IMG/VR virus record: IMGVR_UViG_3300031555_004811
Length of the DNA: 30,107 bases
Direction: 5' to 3' (one strand)
Source: a virus
Part shown: positions 1-7,119 of the stretch, in pieces
Numbering within the stretch: position 1 is the first letter of the stretch
Layout: each line of letters starts with the position of its first letter
Made by a program: the position numbers and the translations under genes
The notes under the pieces: model-generated
Seen by the model: the letters and a program-made list of their open reading frames with translations, nothing else
Told to the model about the DNA's origin: nothing
Database searches by the model: none

Positions 1-127
1 TAGTATATGCTGTAGATTTCTCAATAATTGAAAAGTTAGATTTATTATATTTGTCAAATATTTTAATCCAATTTTCTAATATTTTTTTTCTAAATTATAG
101 TTGTTGTTTTTTATGTTTTCTTTTTTT
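1..127. repeat. Left copy of an exact 127-bp terminal duplication (same as 29981..30107)
   Basis: Read directly: tagtatatgctgtagatttc...ttatgttttcttttttt occurs verbatim at both ends of the window. Confidence 0.95.
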
Positions 128-150
128 CCTATAATAAATTCAAGTTCCAC
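76..150 (-). CDS. 5' segment of a frame-interrupted gene downstream of the repressor (24 codons: MELEFIIGKKENIKNNNYNLEKKY)
   Basis: GTG at 150-148 overlaps the repressor stop (TAGTG). The frame ends at TAG 78-76, immediately after an A8 run (T8 on the plus strand, 82-89). A -1 shift on A_AAA_AAA joins it to the long open frame 29739..30074. Confidence 0.4.
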   Translation of the reverse strand: MELEFIIGKKENIKNNNYNLEKKY

Positions 151-791
151 TATAACCTCGTTCTTTTTTCTTTAGCAATACCAACAACTTTAATTGGCAG
201 TTGGTTAACTTGTTCTTTGCTAAACATCATAATATCATAAGCCATGTTATAAGGTTGTAATACTATACCTTTTTCATTCACTAATATCTTTTTAAATGTA
301 CTTTCAGTTCCGTTAATCATAACTGCAACATCCTTACCATTAAACAATTCTGAATCATTATTTTGCTCAAATATAACAATATCATTTTCATCATACTTAG
401 GGTACATAGAATCACCACTAATTTTAAGACCAAAGAATTTTTTTCCACCTTTAATCCAAGACTTTGGTATTTCTACATATTCAGTAATATCACTTTGACT
501 TTCAATTGGTATTCCTGCTTTAATAGTACCAAATACAGGTATTTGAACTACATCATAGGTATCTATATATTCAGCATTATCAAATTGTAGATTTTTGCTT
601 ACTAAATCATTTAATGGAACATTTAAGACATCGGCAATTTTTATTGCATTGTCAATAGTTGTTTCTATTTCACCATTTTCAATTCTTGAAATTGTGGACC
701 TATCAACTCCAATTTCATCAGCTAATTTTTGTTGCGAAATATTTTTTTCGTTGCGTAAATATTTAACATTGTTATTTAAAAATTCTGCCAT
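150..791 (-). CDS. CI/LexA-like phage repressor (HTH_XRE plus S24 autopeptidase)
   Basis: N-terminal HTH (ISQQKLADEIGVDRSTISRIENGE), Ala-Gly cleavage site (IKAG/IP), and S24 motifs GDSM and TFKK. ATG 791 sits behind AAGGAGGG, whereas the track start at 824 lacks an SD. The gene is divergent from the Cro-like gene. Confidence 0.9.
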   Translation of the reverse strand: MAEFLNNNVKYLRNEKNISQQKLADEIGVDRSTISRIENGEIETTIDNAIKIADVLNVPLNDLVSKNLQFDNAEYIDTYDVVQIPVFGTIKAGIPIESQSDITEYVEIPKSWIKGGKKFFGLKISGDSMYPKYDENDIVIFEQNNDSELFNGKDVAVMINGTESTFKKILVNEKGIVLQPYNMAYDIMMFSKEQVNQLPIKVVGIAKEKRTRL

Positions 792-844
792 ACAATCCCT
801 CCTTACATAAATAGTATAACACAAAAAATAAAAAAAACAACAAA

Positions 845-899
845 AAATGTGAAAAAATGCACATTTGATATTGACAAGTGCAAATGTGCACGATATAAT
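845..899 (+). promoter_or_regulatory. Early rightward promoter (TTGACA-17-TATAAT) with operator-like repeats
   Basis: TTGACA 871-876, a 17-bp spacer, TATAAT 894-899. The half-site AAATGTGCA occurs at 882-890, inverted at 858-866 (TGCACATTT), and in degenerate form at 845-853. Confidence 0.75.
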
Positions 900-923
900 A
901 GAGGTGTAGATTGGAGGGAAGAA

Positions 924-1154
924 ATGTTAGAAGCAATAGGTAAAGAATTGAAAGTAATTAGAATTAGAAATGACCTATCTCTTGATGATGTTGCACATGA
1001 TATAAATATTAATAGAGAAACTTTAAGAAGATATGAAAACAATTCTAATGGATTATCTGTTGAAAGACTAGAAGAATTACTTAATTATTATAATATTGAA
1101 AAATCTATTTTTTTTAGCAATGTATGTGAATATATGCACGAAAAAAGCAATTAA
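924..1154 (+). CDS. Cro-like HTH_XRE transcriptional regulator
   Basis: HTH (LSLDDVAHDININRETLRRYENN). ATG 924 is preceded by GGAGGG. The upstream part of the track ORF (849-923) overlaps the promoter and operators. Confidence 0.8.
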   Translation: MLEAIGKELKVIRIRNDLSLDDVAHDININRETLRRYENNSNGLSVERLEELLNYYNIEKSIFFSNVCEYMHEKSN

Positions 1155-1165
1155 GAAGGAGTGAG

Positions 1166-1187
1166 ATTAAAATATGTAACCAATACA
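1166..1187 (+). repeat. Box a: ATTAAAATATGTAACCAATACA, abutting the SD of the 1199 gene
   Basis: A copy, with 3 mismatches, of the box at 1783-1801 and of the reverse complement of 29640-29661. Confidence 0.7.
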
Positions 1188-1198
1188 AGGAGGAATTA

Positions 1199-1414
1199 GT
1201 GTTATATAGTTATTTAAAAGAATATTTTTATAAAAATAAAATAAGTAATTATGAAATTGAAAGAAGAACAAAAATAAAACAATCTAAAATAAATTTAAGT
1301 TTAAATGGTAAAAGAAAACTTACTGCTGAAGAATTAATGTTAATCGCAATTAAATTTAATTTAGATTTAAACAAAATAAAAAAGATATTAAGCCAGTCGC
1401 CAAACAAGTCTTAA
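1199..1414 (+). CDS. Small HTH DNA-binding protein (XRE-like)
   Basis: GTG start behind AAGGAGGA. HTH-like segment ISNYEIERRTKIKQSKINLSLNGKRKLTAEEL. Confidence 0.6.
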   Translation: MLYSYLKEYFYKNKISNYEIERRTKIKQSKINLSLNGKRKLTAEELMLIAIKFNLDLNKIKKILSQSPNKS

Positions 1415-1811
1415 TATCTATACACAATTAATGAAGATACAACAATACTAGTATATTGCTGTATTTCCAGATTTAATACTAAGTCCACTACAGATATTTA
1501 TATTTAATATCCCAGTTAATTACTAGATTAATTGGTGTAGTAGTTTAACAATTACGAGTTTACTCTCTACAAATTACTTTTACTTGCCCCATAGTTGTTA
1601 AAACTTAACATATAGCTATCCAGCCTTATCTCTAGAAACTATCCAGTTACTTTATAACGAGAAAGTTAAGCACTTAGACAGGGCAAGTATAAAAACGCTT
1701 CTAATTATTTGAATCATCTCTTTCTTGCCATACAGGGCAAATAAAGTATATCAAAAAATAATTAGAAAATCAAATCAAAATAAAAATATGCAACCAACAT
1801 AAGGAGGAAAT
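1415..1811 (+). other. ORF-free structured leader or candidate ncRNA region (about 400 nt)
   Basis: No ORF above a few codons on either strand. It looks visibly less AT-rich than its surroundings. Complementary segments: 1581-1589/1681-1689 (9 bp) and 1724-1729/1735-1740. CTATCCAG occurs as a direct repeat at 1616-1623 and 1639-1646. Confidence 0.45.
1783..1801 (+). repeat. Box b: AAAATATGCAACCAACATA, abutting the SD of the 1812 gene
   Basis: Exact reverse complement of 29643-29661. It is followed directly by AGGAGG (1802-1807) and ATG 1812. Confidence 0.8.
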
Positions 1812-2012
1812 ATGAATATAGAAGAAATAAAAAATAAGGACTATATAAATGCAAATGAACTAATGCAAATAATTCCAAATCTAACTTATGATAATGCAAT
1901 AAAGTATATCAATGAAGTTAGAGAAGATATGAGAAATAAAGGCTATTGTATACCAATATCAAGACCTAAAGTAGCATTAACAAAATTAGTAAAGAAAAAA
2001 TTTGGCTGGTAA
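1812..2012 (+). CDS. Small DNA-binding protein, possible excisionase or early regulator
   Basis: 66 aa with strong SD AAGGAGGA. The pattern ANELMQIIPNLTYDNAIKYINEVREDMRNKGY....RPKVALTKLVKKKFG resembles small HTH Xis-like proteins of Firmicutes mobile elements. The functional assignment is tentative. Confidence 0.4.
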   Translation: MNIEEIKNKDYINANELMQIIPNLTYDNAIKYINEVREDMRNKGYCIPISRPKVALTKLVKKKFGW

Positions 2013-2024
2013 AGGAGAATAAAA

Positions 2025-2234
2025 ATGAAGAAAAAAAGAATAAATTATTTCAATGTAATGATAACTATTGTGTTTCTATTTTGTATTGGATTTATAACTA
2101 GGGATTTATATATTTTAATGTTTAAATTTGCAACATGGACAATTTTTGGATTTATAACTTTTCTAATCGTACTATACATTACTATAAAAATTGGTGAATA
2201 TTTATCAAGAGAAAGTAATAAAGGAAAAAAATAA
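2025..2234 (+). CDS. Small membrane protein (2 predicted TM helices)
   Basis: Hydrophobic stretches VMITIVFLFCIGFIT and TIFGFITFLIVLYITI; SD AAAGGAGAA. Confidence 0.6.
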   Translation: MKKKRINYFNVMITIVFLFCIGFITRDLYILMFKFATWTIFGFITFLIVLYITIKIGEYLSRESNKGKK

Positions 2235-2962
2235 TGGCTGAAAAAAGAATGTTTTCAAAAAAAATAACAGATAGTGATGTATTTGTAGAATTATCAAGTT
2301 CAACACAAGCATTATATTTTCATTTAAATCAGGGTGCCGATGATGATGGATTTAATAATCAAGTACAAAATGCAATGTTTAAAGCCCATGCAAGTGCAGA
2401 TGATTTAAAGGTTTTGTTAATGAAGAATTTTATTATTAGATTTGAAAGTGGTGTAATTGTAATAAAACATTGGCGAATGCATAACACCTTAAGAAAAGAT
2501 AGATATACACCTACAAGTTTTCAAGAAGAACTGAGTGCTTTAGATATAAAAGACAATGGTTCCTATACATTAATTGATAATGGTTGCCAAGTGGTTGCCA
2601 AAAGGTTGCCACAGAATAGTATAGATAAGAATAGTATAGATAAGAATAGTATAAATAATATATATGCTCAAAAATTTGAAAAATTTTGGAAAGAATATCC
2701 TAAAAAAACAGGTAAAGATAAATCCAAAAAATGGTTTGAGAAGAATAAACCAGATGATGAATTATTTGAATTAATGATGTCCCAGTTAGAAAGATTTAAA
2801 GATACAGAAGACTGGAAGAAACAAGGTGGTCAATATATACCATATCCAACAAGTTGGCTTAATGGTAAAAGATGGGAAGATGAATTTGAAACAGATACTG
2901 AAATAGAAATTAGAATAGAAAAAGAAATTATAGAGGGTACCTATGGAATTGAAGGATGTTAA
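2234..2962 (+). CDS. Phage replisome organizer (N-terminal Phage_rep_org_N-like domain)
   Basis: MFSKKITDSDVF..SSSTQALYFHLNQGADDDGF...DDLKVLLMKNFIIRFESGVIVIKHWRMHN matches the conserved N-terminal replisome-organizer motif. Iterons lie inside the gene. Confidence 0.8.
   Translation: MAEKRMFSKKITDSDVFVELSSSTQALYFHLNQGADDDGFNNQVQNAMFKAHASADDLKVLLMKNFIIRFESGVIVIKHWRMHNTLRKDRYTPTSFQEELSALDIKDNGSYTLIDNGCQVVAKRLPQNSIDKNSIDKNSINNIYAQKFEKFWKEYPKKTGKDKSKKWFEKNKPDDELFELMMSQLERFKDTEDWKKQGGQYIPYPTSWLNGKRWEDEFETDTEIEIRIEKEIIEGTYGIEGC
2582..2658. repeat. Iteron cluster (candidate origin): 3 x 11-bp GGTTGCCA units, then 3 x 15-bp GAATAGTATAGATAA units
   Basis: GGTTGCCA occurs at 2582, 2593 and 2604, an 11-bp phasing. 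GAATAGTATAGATAA occurs at 2614-2628 and 2629-2643, with a degenerate copy at 2644-2658. The repeats are translated as NSIDKNSIDKNSIN. Confidence 0.7.
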
Positions 2963-3497
2963 AGCAATTCTAAGAAGAATACAAGCAAATTATTCAAGTT
3001 TTAATCCAGATGCATATATGGTACAAGAATGGTTTAAAGAACTTAAAGATTATGATTTAGAAGATATTATGGAAAAATTAGATAAACACTTTAGGTCTGA
3101 AGAATATGGGAACCAAATACCAAAAGTATATTTTTTAACAAGATACTGTCAAAAATCTGAGATTAAAAGAAAAAATATAACAGCTAAATTAAAAGTAGTA
3201 TGTAAATTGTGTAGTGAAGTTGTAGAGTTAAAAGATTATGATACTCACTATTCAAGATGTAGTAGTACAAATTACATAATAACTCAAACTCAAAAATATT
3301 TTAATAAAAAAATTAATAGAGAGGGATTAATGAAATTACCTCAGCAGGAGTTTGATAACAAATATAATCAATTACTAAAATATATTCAAAAAAGTACTGA
3401 TGATATGGGAGAAATAGAAAGAATATATAAAATATTAAATTCAAAAGATGAAAGACAAATTGAGGTAAAGGTAGGTGAAGTATATGAAACTATTTAA
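2943..3497 (+). CDS. G39P-like replicative helicase loader with a C-terminal Cys/His cluster
   Basis: The N-terminus (VKAILRRIQANYSSFNPDAYMVQEWFKELKDYDLEDIMEKLDKH) resembles the SPP1 G39P loader family. CKLC...H..RC is a putative zinc site. Confidence 0.55.
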   Translation: MELKDVKAILRRIQANYSSFNPDAYMVQEWFKELKDYDLEDIMEKLDKHFRSEEYGNQIPKVYFLTRYCQKSEIKRKNITAKLKVVCKLCSEVVELKDYDTHYSRCSSTNYIITQTQKYFNKKINREGLMKLPQQEFDNKYNQLLKYIQKSTDDMGEIERIYKILNSKDERQIEVKVGEVYETI

Positions 3498-3702
3498 ATA
3501 TGTAGATTTAATAAAAGAAAATAATACTTTAAGATTAGAAAAAGAAGAGTTAGAAAATCTTATTAAATCAGAGTTATTTATTTCATTAAAAGCATCTGTT
3601 AATGAAAATGAAAAAATAAAGAAATTAATTGAAGAGAATAAGCAATTAAGACAAACAATAAAAAAGTTAAGAAATGATTATAAGAATAAGGGAACTAAAT
3701 AA
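3484..3702 (+). CDS. Hypothetical coiled-coil protein
   Basis: ATG 3484 behind AAGGTAGG; heptad-rich sequence. Confidence 0.5.
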   Translation: MKLFKYVDLIKENNTLRLEKEELENLIKSELFISLKASVNENEKIKKLIEENKQLRQTIKKLRNDYKNKGTK

Positions 3703-3703
3703 T

Positions 3704-3853
3704 ATGAATCCAAATTTAAAAGAAGATTTAATAGTTGAATTAACAAGACTATTAATAAAAACTGATTTTTATGAACAAGAAAAGCAAGTAGATGTATATA
3801 TAAAAAAAACGAGAGTATATAAAGATTTAATTAAATTGGTAAAAATGCTGTAG
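3704..3853 (+). CDS. Hypothetical small protein (49 aa, hand-called)
   Basis: ATG 3704 lies 1 nt after the upstream stop, and the frame is open to TAG 3851-3853 (MNPNLKEDLIVELTRLL...). It fills an otherwise empty gap in a tightly packed operon and is below the track length cutoff. Confidence 0.45.
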   Translation: MNPNLKEDLIVELTRLLIKTDFYEQEKQVDVYIKKTRVYKDLIKLVKML

Positions 3854-3861
3854 GAGGAATT

Positions 3862-4299
3862 ATGAATATATTTCAAAAAATAAAAAACTATGACAGGGTG
3901 GTTGAGGAATTTAATAATGAAACTAAGCAGCTAGAGAATGAAATTGAAAAATTAATAAAAGAAAATAATAGATTAAATCATAACTTAACAACAGTTAAAG
4001 AAAGATATAATAATTACCTAAAATATTCACAAGAATTTGCACAAAACTTATTGTCTAATGAAAAAGTATTAAATAATAAAATTAAGTCACTACAGGGTGC
4101 AAAAGGTGGTTTAGTAACAGAAAATAATAAACTAAAGGCTAAAGTAATTGAGCTTACAGAACAATTAAAAGATGCTATGTCAGATAAATATTTAGTTAAA
4201 AGAATACCAAGTGGCAAATTACCTAAGGGGCAACCAATGAAAATAAAAGATTCTAGTAAGTTAAGTAAAATTATTAAGGATTTAAAAGTGGACCAGTAA
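3862..4299 (+). CDS. Hypothetical coiled-coil protein
   Basis: SD GGAGGA; long heptad-repeat sequence with a basic C-terminus. Confidence 0.55.
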   Translation: MNIFQKIKNYDRVVEEFNNETKQLENEIEKLIKENNRLNHNLTTVKERYNNYLKYSQEFAQNLLSNEKVLNNKIKSLQGAKGGLVTENNKLKAKVIELTEQLKDAMSDKYLVKRIPSGKLPKGQPMKIKDSSKLSKIIKDLKVDQ

Positions 4300-4310
4300 A
4301 AGGAGAATGA

Positions 4311-5159
4311 ATGAAGAAAGAAGAATTAATTCTAAAACTTGATGAATGGATTAATGAACAAAATTTTCAAGAGTATTCAAAAAATACATTAAGTCAATAC
4401 AAAGCAAATGTATTAAAGTTTATTGAGTGGTTGCCATCAGATGAAATAATAACTAAGACTACAACTATGAGATATAAAGAATATTTATATTCATTAGAAC
4501 CAAGACCAAAAACTAATAGTATTAATACTTGGATTATAGAGTTAAATAAATTTCTTAAATGGTTGTCATTGGAAGAATTAACATTAAAAAAAATAAAGCA
4601 ACAGTACAAAACTAGTAATGATGAAATATTAAGCATATCAGATTATAAAAGACTTTTAAGGTTTTCAAAAAAATTAGGATTTAATCAATTGTACTACATA
4701 ATGAAAACATTGGTAATGACAGGAATTAGAATATCAGAATTAAAATATTTTACTGTTGAAAGTATTAAGTCTAACTATATCTTAGTCTTCAATAAAGGTA
4801 AGGAAAGATATATTATTATTAGACAAGATTTAGCAAGAGAATTAAGAAAATATTGTAGGGAAAACAATATTAAATTTGGTTATGTATTTGTAAATAAGAA
4901 AACAAAAAAGATGCCAAATACATCAACTATATGGAGGCAAATGAAAAAGGTGGCAGGTGCTGCTAGAGTAAATAAAAATAAAGTTCATGCACATTCTTTT
5001 AGACATTTATTTGCTCAAATATATCTAGAAGAAAATCCACAAGACATAACAGGTTTAGCTGATTTAATGGGACATAATTCTTTAGAAACAACAAGAATTT
5101 ATACAAGAACATCAAATGTTCAAAAGAAGACTAAACTTGAAAAATTAAAATTTACATAA
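4311..5159 (+). CDS. Second tyrosine recombinase (XerC/XerD-like, 282 aa)
   Basis: The full catalytic set is visible: R (TGIRISELK), K (NKGKERY), HxxR (HSFRH), H (MGHNS), Y (TRIYT). An N-terminal SAM-like domain is present. Confidence 0.85.
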   Translation: MKKEELILKLDEWINEQNFQEYSKNTLSQYKANVLKFIEWLPSDEIITKTTTMRYKEYLYSLEPRPKTNSINTWIIELNKFLKWLSLEELTLKKIKQQYKTSNDEILSISDYKRLLRFSKKLGFNQLYYIMKTLVMTGIRISELKYFTVESIKSNYILVFNKGKERYIIIRQDLARELRKYCRENNIKFGYVFVNKKTKKMPNTSTIWRQMKKVAGAARVNKNKVHAHSFRHLFAQIYLEENPQDITGLADLMGHNSLETTRIYTRTSNVQKKTKLEKLKFT

Positions 5160-5181
5160 TATACAAAATGAAAGGGAAGAT

Positions 5182-5430
5182 ATGAAAAACAATTTAAATG
5201 AATTAAACAATTATCTGTTTGAAGAATTAGAAAGATTAAATGATGATGAAGAACTAAAAACAAATATGGATAATGAAATAAAAAGAGCTAAAGCAATTAC
5301 AAGTATAAGTACTGCAATAATAAATAATGCAAGAGTAATACTTGAAGCAAAAAAATATGCTGATGAATTTGGAATAGAAAATGAAAATCAAATATTAAAA
5401 TTGAGTGATGGTAATGAAAAAGTGGGCTAA
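5182..5430 (+). CDS. Hypothetical protein
   Basis: SD AAAGGGAAG; acidic helical protein with no recognised motif. Confidence 0.5.
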   Translation: MKNNLNELNNYLFEELERLNDDEELKTNMDNEIKRAKAITSISTAIINNARVILEAKKYADEFGIENENQILKLSDGNEKVG

Positions 5431-6214
5431 AGAACAAGAGGAATACTTAATTGAAATACATAAAAATAGATCTAATCGGGAAATAGCCAATATGATAAAT
5501 AATAAATTTGATACGCAATTTACACCATCTGCTATTGGAAGTAAAAAGAAAAAACTAAATCTTATATCCAATTATAAATATATGCCTAAATATAATGATG
5601 AAGTAACTAACTTTATTCTAGAAAACTATCAAGGTAGAGATAATATTGAACTTGCAAATTTATTAAATGAAAAATTTAATCTTGATACAAATGGTGATAA
5701 GGTTGGTATGTTTAAAGCTAATTATAAAAGAAGATTTGGAATTGATTTAAGAACAGGAATTAATAGAGGTTGTTTTAAAAAAGGTGCTGAACCATTTAAT
5801 AAGGGTAAAAAATGGGAAGATTTTATGTCAAAAGAGGGAATTATTAATAGTTCTAAAACACAGTTTAAAAAAGGATATATACCACCGAATAGAAGAGAAG
5901 TTTTAGAAGAAAGAATTGCAAAAGATGGATATATAGAAATAAAAATACGAGATGGTAAAAGAAATAAAAATTGGATATCTAAACATAGATACATATATGA
6001 AAGTGTCTATGGGGAAATACCAGAAGGACATAAGGTTATATTTGCAGATAAAGATAAAAGAAATTTTGAAATAAGTAATTTAATATTAGTTTCTAATTCA
6101 GAAGAATTGATTATGAACCGTAACAAATTAATATTTGATGATAAAAATTTAACAAAAACAGGTTCTATTATTGCTAAGGTAATAGATAAAACTAATAAAT
6201 TAAAAAATGAATGA
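5405..6214 (+). CDS. Free-standing HNH endonuclease (HNH_3-like) with an N-terminal Myb/SANT-like domain
   Basis: C-terminal KHRYIYESVYGEIPEGHKVIFADKDKRNFEISNLILVS is typical of HNH_3. The N-terminal W..EQEEYL....NREIA is Myb-like. The start may be ATG 5414. Confidence 0.75.
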   Translation: MMVMKKWAKEQEEYLIEIHKNRSNREIANMINNKFDTQFTPSAIGSKKKKLNLISNYKYMPKYNDEVTNFILENYQGRDNIELANLLNEKFNLDTNGDKVGMFKANYKRRFGIDLRTGINRGCFKKGAEPFNKGKKWEDFMSKEGIINSSKTQFKKGYIPPNRREVLEERIAKDGYIEIKIRDGKRNKNWISKHRYIYESVYGEIPEGHKVIFADKDKRNFEISNLILVSNSEELIMNRNKLIFDDKNLTKTGSIIAKVIDKTNKLKNE

Positions 6215-6551
6215 TTACGAGCAATTATACTACGACCAATTTTATAAGAATAAAAAACTAATAGAAGAAAATGAAATTTTAAAACAAGAATTAGAATTAC
6301 TTAATAATCCAAAATTAGATTTAATTAATTTTTTGGTAAGAGAATACAAAAAGCAAAACAAGGATAAAAAAATAAGGAGGGAAGTTAAGATGAATATTAT
6401 TGAAGAATTAGAAAAATGGTTAATAAATTATGGAACAAGAAGTATTGGAATTTCAATATCTGGTAAGCAATTTAATCATGCAAAAGAAATAGAAGTACAA
6501 AAGGTATTAGATAAAATATATGAACTAAAAACAGGTGATGACAATGAATGA
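6207..6551 (+). CDS. Hypothetical protein (possible internal start at 6390)
   Basis: Continuous open frame. A strong internal SD, AAGGAGGG, precedes ATG 6390. Confidence 0.45.
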   Translation: MNDYEQLYYDQFYKNKKLIEENEILKQELELLNNPKLDLINFLVREYKKQNKDKKIRREVKMNIIEELEKWLINYGTRSIGISISGKQFNHAKEIEVQKVLDKIYELKTGDDNE

Positions 6552-7119
6552 TAAAATGAAAAAGCAATATATAGATTTGTTATTAGCTACTAAAAGAAAA
6601 GGTATAGATAATTTAATTAAATGGATAGAAACAACAGATTTCTTTACTGCTCCAGCAAGTACAAAATACCATTTATCAAAAGAGGGTGGTTTGTTAGAAC
6701 ATAGTTTAAATGTGTATGATGAATTATTAAAAGAAGTTGTTGTTGAAGGACTAGATATTAATAATAGTAGTTTAGTAATTGTTTCTTTATTACATGATTT
6801 GTGTAAAGCAAATTATTATTCAGTAAGTGAAAGAAATGTAAAACAAGATAATAAATGGGTTAAAGAACCATATTATACAGTTAATGACCTATTTCCTATG
6901 GGACATGGTGAAAAATCAGTAATTATAATACAAAAATATATAGAATTAACAAATGAAGAAATTGCAGCTATTAGATGGCATATGGGAGGATATGAATCTA
7001 AAGAAAATTATAGTTATTTAAGTAAAACATTTTCAGAATATCCACTTGCATTAATGTTGCATATAGCAGATTTAAAATCTACATATTTAAAAGAAAAGGA
7101 TAATGATATTGATGAATGA
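6535..7119 (+). CDS. HD-domain phosphohydrolase
   Basis: STKYHLSKEGGLLEHSL ... SLLHDLCK ... GHGEKS ... WHMG ... LHIADL: the metal-binding His/Asp pattern of the HD superfamily. Confidence 0.8.
   Translation: MMTMNDKMKKQYIDLLLATKRKGIDNLIKWIETTDFFTAPASTKYHLSKEGGLLEHSLNVYDELLKEVVVEGLDINNSSLVIVSLLHDLCKANYYSVSERNVKQDNKWVKEPYYTVNDLFPMGHGEKSVIIIQKYIELTNEEIAAIRWHMGGYESKENYSYLSKTFSEYPLALMLHIADLKSTYLKEKDNDIDE

Noticed and set aside
363-1042. Plus-strand ORFs 363..590 and 595..810, and minus-strand ORF 803..1042, overlapping the repressor gene and promoter region.
   Set aside because: They lie opposite or across the well-supported repressor and Cro-like genes and the promoter/operator region. The translations are hydrophobic and low-complexity, with no SD.
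1415-1811. A tRNA, tmRNA or known riboswitch in the ORF-free region.
   Set aside because: No cloverleaf with a GTTCGAATC-type T-loop or a conserved D-loop could be drawn. I recognise no known riboswitch core motif. The region is kept only as an unclassified structured element.
2614-2658. Tandem 15-bp repeats as a possible mini CRISPR array.
   Set aside because: The repeats are contiguous with no spacers, only three units are present, and they lie in frame within a coding gene. They are better explained as origin iterons.
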